NCBI GenBank assembly: GCA_965195345.1
Contig: OZ239628.1
Coordinates: forward strand, 288,001-352,000
DNA length: 64,000 nt
Direction of reading: 5' to 3'
Origin: an uncultured Thiomicrospira sp.
Lineage (GTDB): Bacteria; Pseudomonadota; Gammaproteobacteria; CAKMZV01
A model generated the notes under the pieces. The model was not told the origin of the DNA and did no database searches. It worked only from the letters and a program-made list of their open reading frames with translations. Within the stretch, counting starts at the first letter, position 1. Each line of letters begins with the position of its first letter. Shown piece after piece: positions 1 to 15,000 of the stretch. The position numbers and the translations under genes are program-made.

Positions 1-3000
1 ACAGGAGCCGCTGGATCAGTGGGGCAACTTAACATAAACGTAGTGAATCAGACAAGAGGCGTGGAAGATGTAAGTTTGGACTTTATTCCTCCTGATGGGT
101 TTTTGGGCAATTCCACTTTTGTAATAACGTTAAACGACGGAACCGGTAATAGCACAGTAACATCAGTCGTTGTATCAGTAGTTGAAGCCCCACCCACTTT
201 TACCCTGACTACTTCAGCTGTAGTTGTTCCTGAAAATGCTACCGCACGGCAAACAATTGCTATCACTAATGTGGGAGTTGCTAATGGAGCTTCTGTAACG
301 TTTAGTGTCACAACAGCAGGTGACTCTATTTTCAGTGGTGATCCTGCGCCAGCAGTGTCTTTCGACGACTTAGTGCAAGTGTCATCTGTGGTTAATGCGG
401 CAACGACTGGTACCGCCAATTTGTATTACACACTAAGTCCCGACTCAACAGGAATAGGACAAATCATAATTACCTTAACGGAAAGTAATTCTGGGAGAGC
501 GTATAGCCAGACGGTAACGGTAACGGTGGAATCAATTAACCATACACCAGTCATCACGCAATATTTTGCGGACCACCAGTTTATCGATAGAGGAATAATT
601 CGTGCACAAGTGGTTGGCGGCGATTTATTCGCTGCACGTGGAGAATATACAGGGGTGAGTGCTACAACGGCAACCGATGGTACGGGCAGCTATCAAGAGC
701 AATTGGATTTTGCTCGGTCACTTGGTGGAACTTTGGTTGAATTTGATTCTATAGAAGTATACAACGCACTGTTTGGCAATATTTTAACATCCGACACAAG
801 ATCAGTACCTCTACCAGGGGCGGACATCGATAATGATCGCTTTTGGATAGGTGTAACGGCTGCACCTGATAGGTTTGGTGATCCAACATTTCCACGAGTA
901 GCTGGTGATAGACTCTTTTATCACTTAACGGGGCAATTGCTATCAAACGGATTTGATGCTGACCGAGTAGAAGTCCCAGGTGTTTACATTGGTTGGGGTG
1001 TTAATTCTCCAGCTGAAGTGGGTGGTAATATTTGTGTTGATCTGATTATAGTACCGGTGTCCGGTTTTGATCCATGGGCGTCTGATACTTGCATCGCAGG
1101 CGCAGGAGGCTTTGTTGTTTTTGGTCTGCTTAAAGCGGTTATGCAATTTCCAGATGGTTTAGCTTCGACTTCGCTTGTGAGCGTAAGAGCACAAGTAAAT
1201 TCAACTGTAACCGTAAACATTAGTGGTTATGATTTAGACGGGGCAGACTCTCCACTTAGCTGGACAGTCAGCGCTGGACCTGAACTTCAGAGTGTAGCTC
1301 AGGATATAACCACCAGTAACGTTGACGTCCAAGCTGGTGCTGAAACATTAAGGGTGGTGTTCCCTCTACCGCTTAATTTTGTTGGGCGAACTACATTAAC
1401 AGTGACATTGAACGATGGATTACTTACTACCAGTGCCCAAATAACAGTGTTGGTTGAAAATGACCCACCAACGATTGATGTATCAACCAATCTGATTACG
1501 TTGAATGAAGACTTTAGTCCGAATTTTGTGATCAATGTGACGGCAACCGACAGGGAAGATGGGGTATTGGCTTTTAGTGTGAGCACAGGAGGATCCGTTG
1601 TAACGCTGTCTCAGATAACAACCGATAGCATCACATTATCTGCAATCCCCAATGCGAATGGCACTGTGACATTGACGTTCACAGCAACGGACAGTATTGC
1701 ATTGGCAGCAACGACTGAAGTTGTTGTGACAGTTAATCCCATTAACGACCCACCAACGATTGAAGTATCAACCAATCTGATTACGTTGAATGAAGACTTT
1801 AGTCCGAATTTTGTCATTAACGTCACGGCAACGGATACAGAAGATGGAGTATTGACTTTTAGTGTGAGCACAGGAGGATCCGTTGTAACGCTGTCGCAGA
1901 TAACAACCGATAGCATCACATTATCTGCAATCCCCAATGCAAGTGGCATTGTGACATTGACGCTCACAGCAACGGACAGTGGTGTATTGACAGCAACGAC
2001 GGAAGTTGTTGTGACAGTTAATTCCATTAACGACCCACCAACGATTGATGTATCAACCAATGCGCTTACGTTAAATGAAGACTTTAGTCCGAATTTTGTC
2101 ATTAACGTCACGGCAACGGATACAGAGGATGGGGTATTGGCTTTTAGTGTGAGCACAGGAGGATCCGTTGTAACGCTGTCGCAGATAACAACCAATAGCA
2201 TCACATTATCTGCAATCCCCAATGTAAGTGGCATTGTGACATTAACGCTCACAGCAACGGACAGTGGTGGATCGGCAGCAACGACGGAAGTTGTTGTGAC
2301 AGTTAATCCCTTTAACGACCCACCAACGATTGAAGTATCAACCAATCTGATTACGTTGAATGAAGACTTTAGTCCGAATTTTGTCATTAACGTCACGGCA
2401 ACGGATACAGAGGATGGGGTATTGGCTTTTAGTGTGAGCACAGGAGGATCCGTTGTAACGCTGTCGCAGATAACAAGCAATAGTATCACATTATCTGCGA
2501 TACCCAATGCGAATGGCATTGTGACATTGACACTCACAACAACGGACAATCTTGGATTTACGACAACGGCGCAAGTTGTCGTGACAGTTAATCCCATTAA
2601 CGACCCACCAACGATTGAAGTATCAACCAATACGCTTACGTTGGATGAAGACTTTAGTCCGAATTTTGTCATTAACGTCACGGCAACGGATACAGAGGAT
2701 GGAGTATTGGCTTTTAGTGTGAGCACAGGAGGATCCGTTGTAACGCTGTCGCAGATAACAACCGATAGCATCACATTATCTGCAATCCCCAATGCAAGTG
2801 GCATTGTGACATTGACGCTCACAGCAACGGACAGTGGTGTATTGACAGCAACGACGGAAGTTGTTGTGACAGTTAATTCCATTAACGACCCACCAACGAT
2901 TGATGTATCAACCAATGCGCTTACGTTAAATGAAGACTTTAGTCCGAATTTTGTCATTAACGTCACGGCAACGGATACAGAGGATGGGGTATTGGCTTTT

Positions 3001-6000
3001 AGTGTGAGCACAGGAGGATCCGTTGTAACGCTGTCGCAGATAACAACCAATAGCATCACATTATCTGCAATCCCCAATGTAAGTGGCATTGTGACATTAA
3101 CGCTCACAGCAACGGACAGTGGTGGATCGGCAGCAACGACGGAAGTTGTTGTGACAGTTAATCCCTTTAACGACCCACCAACGATTGAAGTATCAACCAA
3201 TCTGATTACGTTGAATGAAGACTTTAGTCCGAATTTTGTCATTAACGTCACGGCAACGGATACAGAAGATGGAGTATTGGCTTTTAGTGTGAGCACAGGA
3301 GGATCCGTTGTAACGCTGTCCCAGATAACAAGCAATAGTATCACATTATCTGCGATACCCAATGCGAATGGCATTGTGACATTGACACTCACAACAACGG
3401 ACAATCTTGGATTTACGACAACGGCGCAAGTTGTCGTGACAGTTAATCCCATTAACGACCCACCAACGATTGAAGTATCAACCAATACGCTTACGTTGGA
3501 TGAAGACTTTAGTCCGAATTTTGTCATTAACGTCACGGCAACGGATACAGAGGATGGGGTATTGGCTTTTAGTGTGAGCACAGGAGCATCCGTTGTAACG
3601 CTGTCTCAGATAACAACCAATAGCATCACATTATCTGCAATCCCCAATGCAAGTGGCATTGTGACATTGACGCTCACAGCAACGGACAGTGGTGTATTGA
3701 CAGCAACGACGGAAGTTGTTGTGACAGTTAATTCCATTAACGACCCACCAACGATTGATGTATCAACCAATGCGCTTACGTTGAATGAAGACTTTAGTCC
3801 GAATTTTGTCATTAACGTCACGGCAACGGATACAGAGGATGGAGTATTGGCTTTTAGTGTGAGCACAGGAGGATCCGTTGTAACGCTGTCGCAGATAACA
3901 ACCAATAGCATCACATTATCTGCAATCCCCAATGTAAGTGGCATTGTGACATTAACGCTCACAGCAACGGACAGTGGTGGATCGGCAGCAACGACGGAAG
4001 TTGTCGTGACAGTTAATCCCTTTAACGACCCACCCACGATTGAAGTATCAACCAATGCGCTTACGTTGAATGAAGACTTTAGTCCGGATTTTGTCATTAA
4101 CGTCACGGCAACGGATACAGAGGATGGGGTATTGGCTTTTAGTGTGAGCACAGGAGGATCCGTTGTAACGCTGTCGCAGATAACAACCGATAGCATCACA
4201 TTATCTGCAATCCCCAATGCGAATGGCATTGTGACATTGACGCTCACAGCAACGGACAGTGGTGGATCGGCAGCAACGACGGAAGTTGTTGTGACAGTTA
4301 ATTCCATTAACGACCCACCAACGATTGATGTATCAACCAATGCGCTTACGTTAAATGAAGACTTTAGTCCGGATTTTGTCATTAACGTCACGGCAACGGA
4401 TGCAGAGGATGGAGTATTGACTTTTAGTGTGAGCACAGGAGGATCCGTTGTAACGCTGTCGCAGATAACAACCGATAGCATCACATTATCTGCAATCCCC
4501 AATGTAAGTGGCATTGTGACATTAACGCTCACAACAACAGACAGTATTGGAGTGGCAGCAACGACGGAAGTTGTCGTGACAGTTAGTCCCATTAACGACC
4601 CACCAACGATTGAAGTATCAACCAATCTGCTAACGCTGATTGATAACGTTGCATCTTTTGTGATCAATGCGACGGCAACGGATACAGAGGACGGGGTATT
4701 GGCTTTTAGTGTGAGCACATCCTCGCTTGTCACGGTGTCACAAATAACAACCAATAGCTTCACATTAATTCCTGTTATAGATGCCATTGGAACAGCAACG
4801 TTAACGGTTTCAGCGGTTGATAGTGGCACGTTGCGTGCATCAACTGAAATTGTGGTATTGGTTCGCCCGTTTAACAACACACCAACCTTAACGCTATCAA
4901 CGAACGTGGTAACGGTGTTTGAAAACTATGCAGCTTTTAATATTCTTGCGGTATCAAATGATGTAGAGGGACCGGCAGGTGAGTTTGGCATTACAGCGCA
5001 AGGTCAACCTCCTGGGGCGCCAAGGATTCGTATCAGATTTGGTAACCTCAGTTCACGGACTACTTCAAATGGTTTATTTGAGGCAACACAAGTTATTCAA
5101 ATCGACTCTGGTGTGGCTGATGGTTTTACTCTCCCATTGACTGTTACTGGGACTATATTCACAAGAGATAGCACTTCAGGCGATATCACGCGATTGACTG
5201 CAACACAGCTATTTACGATGATAGTTCTTGAGAATGGTAATGCTGGTTTTCAAGTGAGCACTGATTCAGTTACTGTTCGTGAGGGCGGTGTTTCTTCCAC
5301 TTTTGCTGTTTCGCTCACATCTCAGATAGATCCAGGCGGTTCAATTAATTTGATTCCTTCCCCCGCGATGTTTGGTTTGCCGACACAAGAATTAACCTTT
5401 AATCCACCGTCATTGACGTTTACTAATGCAGATGGTATAGCGTCGCAAACGATTACGGTTTCTGCGGTGGATGATTTTATTGATGAGGATACAGAAACGA
5501 TAGTGGTTTCATTCACAGTCACGAGTACGAATTCTATTGGACAGGCTTATATAGCGGATGCGGGCGCGGTCCCGACGTTGAACGTAAGTGTTATAGACAA
5601 CGACACGGCGGGGATTAGCGTGAGCCCATTGGCATTAACAGTTTCGGAAGCTGGAGGGATGGCTACGATAGCGGTTCGATTGGATGCTCAGCCTGAAAGT
5701 ACGGTTGTGATTAACGTTTCGACAACAGGGGTGTTTATTCGTGAATTTGTGAAGACGGTTACAGTAAGCGATGTATTGCTCAGCTTTACTTCGTTGAGTT
5801 GGCAGACGCCACAGACGATTACGATCACGGGTCAGGATAATGATTTTGATGATGGTACTCAGATGGTAGCGGTTAGTTTTGCTTCAACGGTTGTATCGGG
5901 TGCGGACACGAATACGCAATCGCATTGGGCGGGCGCACAGAGTCAGTTAGCGACGGTACCAGTTACGATATTGGACGATGATACAGCGAGTGTAGTAGTG

Positions 6001-9000
6001 AGTGCTTTGAGCACAAACGTTTTGAGGGAGAGTGTGGCGAATGATTCATTGACCTTCACAATTCGTTTGGGCGCTAGACCGTTTGATCCAGTAACTGGTA
6101 ATATTGGGTTATTGAATGAACTCGTTGGTGGTTTGGTTGATTCGACACTTAGTACCACGCGTTTAAGCTTTAGTACGGGTACATCAAGTTGGCAGACGTT
6201 ACAAACGGTTACGGTTACGGTATTGGATGATGATTTTGATGATGGTACACGTATTACAACGTTGACGATATCTGCATCATCTGCAGAGTTTGGTTTCAAC
6301 AACGTCCCAACTCAAACACGCGTCTATCAAACCCTTGATGATGACACGCGTGGTTTGTTTGTTAACCCGTCGAGCTTGACGGTAACAGAAGGGAGTGCGA
6401 CTTCGGCGTTTGAAGTACGCTTGACAAGTCGTCCGTTTGGTTCAGTGGTTGATGTATCTTTTAGTAGTGAACATAGTTTTGTTTTTGGTACGGATGTTCC
6501 GAATCAATCGTTCTTGAGTACGAGTAATATTCAATTTGGTACGAACGCTAGTGATTGGCAGACGCCGCAGACAATTACGGTTACGGCGTTTGATGATTTT
6601 GTTGATGATGGTACGCAGACATCGACATATACTTTGAATGTATCGGGTGGTGATTATGGTCCGAGTGAGAATGCGACGTTAACGGTTTTAGCGTTGGATG
6701 ATGATACGGCAGGATTTGTGGTGGCGCCGTTATTCACGACACTCATAGAAGCGGCTAGTGCAGCAGCTGCAGATCGGAGTGATGTTATAGAGATCAGAGC
6801 CCAATCACAACCGACAGGTACGATAACGTTATTGGTTAATACGACGAGCAGTGATGGTTCGGATCAGCTAACGTTATCGAATTCGAGTGCTTCATCGAAC
6901 AGCAGTATTCGTTTGTCGTTTACTTCACAGACGTGGAATACGCCGTTGCTATTCACGGTTACGGCGATAGATGAGTTGATCAATGACGATGGTGCGCATA
7001 CAACGGTAAGTTTTAGTGTGGATACTACAGGCGTTATTAGTGGGTACAGTGCGGCAACGCCATTGGATCCGGTGCGTGTTGCTATTACTGATAATGAGGG
7101 CTCTGGTTTTCAAGTGAGCCCTAGTTCAGTTACTGTTAGTGAGGGCGGTGGTTTTTCCACTTTTGCTGTTTCGCTCACTTCTCAGATACCTGCAGGCGGT
7201 GTAATTTATTTGACTCCTTCCCCCGAGATGGTTGGTCTATCGACACAAGAATTGACCTTTAATCCATCGTCATTGACGTTTACTAATGCAAATGGTTTAG
7301 CGGCGCAAACGATTACGGTTTTTGCGGTGGATGATTTTATTGCTGAGGATACAGAAACGATAGCGGTTTCATTCACAGTCACGACTGCGGATCCTGTTGG
7401 ACAGACTTATATATCGAATCCGGACTTTACGCCTTCGACGTTGAGCGTACGTATTATAGACAACGACACGGCTGGGATTAGCGTGAGTCCATCGGCATTA
7501 ACAATTTCGGAAGCTGGAGGGATGGCTACGATAGCGGTTCGATTGGATGCTCAGCCTGAAAGTACGGTTGTGATTAACGTTTCGACAACAGGGGTGAGTC
7601 TTCTTGACGTTGAAAAATCGGTTACATTAAGCAATGCATTACTCAGCTTTACTCCGTATCCTTCGTTGAGTTGGCAGACGCCACAGACGATTATGGTCAC
7701 GGGTCAAGATGATGATTTTGCTGATGGTACCCAGACGGTATCGGTTAGTTTTGCTTCAACGGTTGTATCGGGTGCGGACACGAATACGCAATCGCATTGG
7801 GCGGGCGCACAGAGTCAGTTATCGACGGTACCGGTTACGATATTGGACGATGATACAGCGAGTGTAGTAGTGAGTGCTTTGAGCACAAACGTTTTGAGGG
7901 AGAGTGTGGCGAATGATTCATTGACCTTCACAATTCGTTTAGGCGCTAGACCGCTTTCAACAGTAACTGTTGTTGTTGGGTTAATGAATGAACTCGTTGG
8001 TGGCTTGGTTGATTCGACACTTAGTGCCACGCGTTTAAGCTTTAGTACGAGTGCATCAAGTTGGCAAACGCCACAAACGGTTACGGCTACGGTATTGGAT
8101 GATGATTTTGATGATGGTACACGCAATACAACGTTGACGATATCTGCATCATCTATTCAGCCTGCTTACAACGAATTAGCAACTCAAACACGCGTCTATC
8201 AAACCCTTGATGATGACACGCGTGGTTTGTCTGTTAACCCGTTGAACTCGACGGTAACAGAAGGGGGTGCGACTTCGACGTTTGAAGTACGCTTGACAAG
8301 TCGTCCGTTTGGTTCAGTGGTTGATGTATCTTTTAGTAGTGAACATAGTTTTGTTTTTGGTACGGATGTTCCGAATCAATCGTTCTTGAGTACGAGTAAT
8401 ATTCAATTTGGTACGAGTGCATCAAGTTGGCAGACGGCGCAGACAATTACGGTTACGGCGTTTGATGATTTTGTTGATGATGGTACGCAGACATCGACAT
8501 ATACTTTGAATGTATCGGGTGGTGATTATGGTCCGAGTGAGAATGCGAGGTTAACGGTTTCAGCGTTGGATAATGATACGGCAGGATTTGTGGTGGCGCC
8601 GTTATTCACGACACTCACGGAAGCGAGTGGTGCAAGTCAGACTGATGAGATAGAGATCAGAGCCCAATCACAACCAACAGGTACGATAACGTTATTGGTT
8701 AATACGGCGAGCAGTGATGGTTTGGATCAGCTAACGTTATTGAATTCGAGTGCTTCATCGAACAGCAGTATTCGTTTGACGTTTACTTCACAGAGTTGGA
8801 ATACGCCGTTGCTATTGACGGTTAGGGCTATAGATGAGTCGTTCAATGACGTTGATGCGCATACAACGGTAAGTTTTAGTGTGGATACTACAGGCGTTAT
8901 TAGTGGGTACAGTGCTGCAACGGCATTGGATTCGGTGCGTGTTGCCATTATTGATAATGAGAATGCTGGTTTTCAAGTGGACCCTGGTTCAGTTACTGTT

Positions 9001-12000
9001 AGTGAGGACGGTAGTTCTGCCACTTTTGCTGTTTCGCTCACTTCTCAGATACGTGGAGGCGGTTCAATTAATTTGACTCCTACCCCGGAGATGGTTGGTC
9101 TATCGACACAAGAATTGACCTTTGATCCACCGTCATTAACGTTTACTAGCGCAAATGGTTTAGCGTCGCAAACGATGACGGTTTTTGCGGTGGATGATTT
9201 TATTGATGAGGATACAGAAACGATAGCGGTTCCATTCACAGCCACGAGTACGGATACTATTGGACAACAATACATAGAGGATCCGAGCTTTATGGCCTCG
9301 ACGTTGAACGTAACTATTATAGACAACGACACGGCTGGGATTAGCGTGAGCCCATTGGCATTAACAATTTCGGAAGCTGGAGGGACGGCTACGATAGCAG
9401 TTCGATTGGATGCCCAGCCTGAAAGTACGGTTGTGATTAACGTTTCGACAACAGGGGTGAATTTTTCTGAATTTGTGAAGACGGTTACATTAAGCGATGT
9501 ATTGCTCAGCTTTACTTCGTTGAGTTGGCAGACGACACAGACGATTACGCTCACGGGTCAAGATAATGATTTTTTTGATGCTACCCAGACGGTATCGGTT
9601 AGTTTTGCTTCAACGGTTGTATCGGGTGCGGACACGAATACGCAATCGCATTGGGCGGGCGCACAGAGTCAGTTATCGACGGTAGCGGTTACGATATTGG
9701 ACGATGATACAGCGAGTGTAGTAGTGAGTGCTTTGAGCACAAACGTTTTGAGGGAGAGTGTGGCGAATGATTCATTGACCTTCACAATTCGTTTAAGTAG
9801 TAGACCGTTTAATCAAGTAAATGTTGATGTTGGGTTATTGAATGAACTCGTTGGTGGCTTGGTTGATTCGACACTTAGTGCCACGCGTTTAAGCTTTAGT
9901 ACGGGTACATCAAGTTGGCAAACGCCACAAACGGTTACGGTTACGGTATTGGATGATGATTTTGATGATGGTACACGCAATACAACGTTGACAATATCTT
10001 CTGTATCATCTAATGACCCTGCTTACAACGCATTAGCGGATCAAACACGCGTCTATCAAACCCTTGATGATGACACGCGTGGTTTGTCTGTTAACCCGTT
10101 GAACTTGACGGTAACAGAAGGGGGTGCGACTTCGACGTTTGAAGTACGCTTGACAAGTCGTCCGTTTGGTTCAGTGGTTGATGTATCTTTTAGTAGTGAA
10201 CATAGTTTTGTTTTTGGTACGGATGTTCCGAATCAATCGTTCTTGAGTACGAGTAATATTCAATTTGGTACGAGTGCATCAAGTTGGCAGACGGCGCAAA
10301 CGGTTACGGTTACGGCGTTTGATGATTTTGTTGATGATGGTACGCAGACATCGACATATACTTTGAATGTATCGGGTGGTGATTATGGTCCGAGTGAGAA
10401 TGCGACGTTAACGGTTTTAGCGTTGGATGATGATACGGCAGGATTTGTGGTGGCGCCGTTATTCACGACACTCACGGAATCGGCTAGTTCAAATCAGGAT
10501 GTTATAGAGATCAGAGCCCAATCACAACCGACAGGTACGATAACGTTATTGGTTAATACGACGAGCAGTGATGGTTCGGATCAGCTAACGTTATCGAATT
10601 CGAGTGCTTCATCGAACAGCAGTATTCTTTTGGCGTTTACTTCACAGAGTTGGAATACGCCGTTGCTATTGACGGTTACGGCGATAGATGAGTTGATCAA
10701 TGACGATGGTGCGCATACAACGATAAGTTTGAGTGTGGATACTACAGGCGTTATTAGTGGTTACAGTGCTGCAACGGCATTGGATTCGGTGCGTGTTGCC
10801 ATTATTGATAATGAGAGTCCTGGTTTTCAAGTGAGGCCTCCTTCAGTTATTGTTAGTGAGGACGGTAGTTCTGTCACTTTTGGTGTTTCGCTCACTGCTC
10901 AGATAGCTGCAGGCGGTTCAATTGTTTTAATTCCTTCCCCCGAGATGTTTGGTCTATCGACACAAGAATTGACCTTTAATCCAGCGTCATTAACGTTTAC
11001 TAGCGCAAATGGTTTAGCGTCGCAAACGATGACGGTTTCTGCGGTGGATGATTTTATTGATGAGGATACAGAAACGATAGCGGTTCCATTCACAGCTACG
11101 AGTACGAATACTACTGGACAGGCTTATATAGCGGATGCAGACTTTACATTCTCGACGTTGAGCGTAAATGTTATAGACAACGACACGGCTGGGATTAGCG
11201 TGAGTCCATTGGCATTAACAGTTTCGGAAGCTGGAGGGACGGCTACGATAGCGGTTCGATTGGATGCCCAGCCTGAAAGTACGGTTGTGATTAACGTTTC
11301 GACAACAGGGGTGAATTTTTCTGAATTTGTGAAGACGGTTACATTAAGCGATGTATTGCTCAGCTTTACTTCGTTGAGTTGGCAGACGACACAGACGATT
11401 ACGCTCACGGGTCAAGATAATGATTTTTTTGATGCTACCCAGACGGTATCGGTTAGTTTTGCTTCAACGGTTGTATCGGGTGCGGACACGAATACGCAAT
11501 CGCATTGGGCGGGCGCACAGAGTCAGTTATCGACGGTAGCGGTTACGATATTGGACGATGATACAGCGAGTGTAGTAGTGAGTGCTTTGAGCACAAACGT
11601 TTTGAGGGAGAGTGTGGCGAATGATTCATTGACCTTCACAATTCGTTTAAGTAGTAGACCGTTTAATCAAGTAAATGTTGATGTTGGGTTATTGAATGAA
11701 CTCGTTGGTGGCTTGGTTGATTCGACACTTAGTGCCACGCGTTATATTTTTAGTACGGGTACATCAAGTTGGCAAACGCCACAAACGGTTACGGTTACGG
11801 TATTGGATGATGATTTTGATGATGGTACACGTATTACAACGTTGACGATATCTTCTGTATCATCTAATGACCCTGCTTACAACGCATTAGCGGATCAAAC
11901 ACGCGTCTATCAAACCCTTGATGATGACACGCGTGGTTTGTCTGTTAACCCGTTGAACTTGACGGTAACAGAAGGGGGTGCGACTTCGACGTTTGAAGTA

Positions 12001-15000
12001 CGCTTGACAAGTCGTCCGTTTGGTTCAGTGGTTGATGTATCTTTTAGCAGTGTACATAGTTTTGTTTTTGGTACGGATGTTCCGAATCAATCGTTCTTGA
12101 GTACGAGTAATATTCAATTTGGTACGAATGCATCAAGTTGGCAGACGGCGCAGACAATTACGGTTACGGCGTTTGATGATTTTGTTGATGATGGTACGCA
12201 GACATCGACATATACTTTGAATGTATCGGGTGGTGATTATGGTTCGAGTGAGGATGAGACGTTAACGGTTTCAGCGTTGGATAATGATACGGCAGGATTT
12301 GTGGTGGCACCGTTATTCACGACAATCACGGAATCGGCTAGTTCAAATCAGGATGTTATAGAGATCAGAGCCCAATCACAACCAACAGGTACGATAACGT
12401 TATTGGTTAATACGACGAGCAGTGATGGTTCGGATCAGCTAACGTTATCGAATTCGAGTGCTTCATCGAACAGCAGTATTCGTTTGTCGTTTACTTCACA
12501 GACGTGGAATACGCCGTTGCTATTCACGGTTACGGCGATAGATGAGTTGATCAATGACGATGGTGCGCATACAACGGTAAGTTTGAGTGTGGATACCACA
12601 GGCGTTATTAGTGGGTACAGTGCGGCAACGCCATTGGATCCGGTGCGTGTTGCCATTATTGATAATGAGAGTCCTGGTTTTCAAGTGAGGCCTCCTTCAG
12701 TTACTGTTAGTGAGGACGGTAGTTCTGCCACTTTTGGTGTTTCGCTCACTGCTCAGATAGCTGCAGGTGGTTCAATTGTTTTAATTCCTTCCCCCGAGAT
12801 GTTTGGTCTATCGACACAAGAATTGACCTTTGATCCACCGTCATTAACGTTTACTAATGCAAATGGTTTAGCGTCGCAAACGATGACGGTTTTTGCGGTG
12901 GATGATTTTATTGCTGAGGATACAGAAACGATAGCGGTTCCATTCACAGCCACGAGTACGAATACTACTGGACAGGCTTATATAGCGGATGCAGACTTTA
13001 CATTCTCGACGTTGAGCGTGAATGTTGTAGACAACGACACGGCTGGGATTAGCGTGAGTCCATCGGCATTAACAATTTCGGAAGCTGGAGGGATGGGTAC
13101 GATAGAGGTTCGATTGGATGCTCAACCTGAAAGTACGGTTGTGATTAACGTTTCGACAACAGGGGTGAATTTTTCTGAATTTGTGAAGACGGTTACAGTA
13201 AGCGATGTATTGCTCAGCTTTACTTCGTTGAGTTGGCAGACGACACAGACGATTACGCTCACGGGTCAAGATAATGATTTTGATGATGGTAATCAGACGG
13301 TATCGGTTAGTTTTGCTTCAACGGTAGTATCGGGGGCGGACACGAATACGCAATCGCATTGGGCGGGCGCACAGAGTCAGTTATCGACGGTAGCGGTTAC
13401 GATACTGGACGATGATACAGCGAGTGTAGTAGTGAGTGCTTTGAGCACAAACGTTTTGAGGGAGAGTGTGGCGAATGATTCATTGACCTTCACAATCCGC
13501 TTAGGTAGTAGACCGTTTAATCTAGTAAATGTTGATGTTGGGTTATTGAATGAACTCGTTGGTGGTTTGGTTGATTCGACACTTAGTGCCACGCGTTTAA
13601 GCTTTAGTACGGGTACATCAAGCTGGCAGACGTTACAAACGGTTACGGCTACGGTATTGGATGATGATTTTGATGATGGTACACGTATTACAACGTTGAC
13701 GATATCTTCTGTATCATCTTCTGACCCTGCTTACAACGAATTAGCAACTCAAACACGCGTCTATCAAACCCTTGATGATGACACGCGTGGTTTGTCTGTT
13801 AACCCGTTGAACTCGACGGTAACAGAAGGGGGTGCGACTTCGACGTTTGAAGTACGCTTGACAAGTCGTCCGTTTGGTTCAGTGGTTGATGTATCTTTTA
13901 GCAGTGTACATAGTTTTGTTTTTGGTACGGATGTTCCGAATCAATCGTTCTTGAGTACGAGTAATATTCAATTTGGTACGAGTGCATCAAGTTGGCAGAC
14001 GGCGCAGACAATTACGGTTACGGCGTTTGATGATTTTGTTGATGATGGTACGCAGACATCGACATATACTTTGAATGTATCGGGTGGTGATTATGGTCCG
14101 AGTGAGAATGCGACGTTAACGGTTTTAGCGTTGGATGATGATACGGCAGGATTTGTGGTGGCGCCGTTATTCACGACACTCACGGAAGCGCTTGGTCAAG
14201 ACCAAAATGAAATTATAGAGATCAGACCCCAATCACAACCAACAGCTACGATAACGTTATTGGTTAACACGACGAGCAGTGATGGTTCGGATCAGCTAAC
14301 GTTATCGAATTCGAGTGCTTCATCGAACAGCAGTATTCTTTTGACGTTTACTTCACAGAGTTGGAATACGCCGTTGCTATTGGTGATTACGGCGATAGAT
14401 GAGTTGATCAATGACGATGGTGCGCATGCAACGATAAGTTTGAGTGTGGATACTACAGGCGTTATTAGTGGGTACAGTGCTGCAACGCCATTGGATCCGG
14501 TGCGTGTTACCATTATTGATAATGAGAGGCCTGGTTTTCAAGTGAGCCCTAGTTCAGTTACTGTTAGTGAGGACGGTGTTTCTGCCATTTTTGGTGTTTC
14601 GCTCACTGCTCAGATAGCTGCAGGCGGTTCAATTGTTTTAATTCCTTCCCCCGAGATGTTTGGTCTATCGACACAAGAATTGACCTTTAATCCATCGTCA
14701 TTAACGTTTACTAATGCAAATGGTTTAGCGTCGCAAACGATGACGGTTTCTGCGGTGGATGATTTTATTGATGAGGATACAGAAACGATAGCGGTTTCAT
14801 TCACAGCCACGAGTACGAATACTACTGGACAGGCTTATATAGCGGATGCGGACTTTATATTCTCGACGTTGAACGTAACTATTATAGACAACGACACGGC
14901 TGGGATCAGCGTGAGCCCATCGGCATTAACAGTTTCGGAAGCTGGAGGGACGGCTACGATAGCAGTTCGATTGGATGCTCAGCCTGAAAGTACGGTTGTG

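Noticed and set aside
19-21. GTG at 19 as the start of the giant gene
   Set aside because: The frame is open to base 1, there is no signal peptide, and the sequence begins mid-domain.
1299-4880. Long minus-strand ORFs (656 aa, 424 aa) and the many shorter antisense ORFs across the giant gene
   Set aside because: Shadows of a repetitive, codon-biased sense gene. They mirror its period and have no independent protein features.
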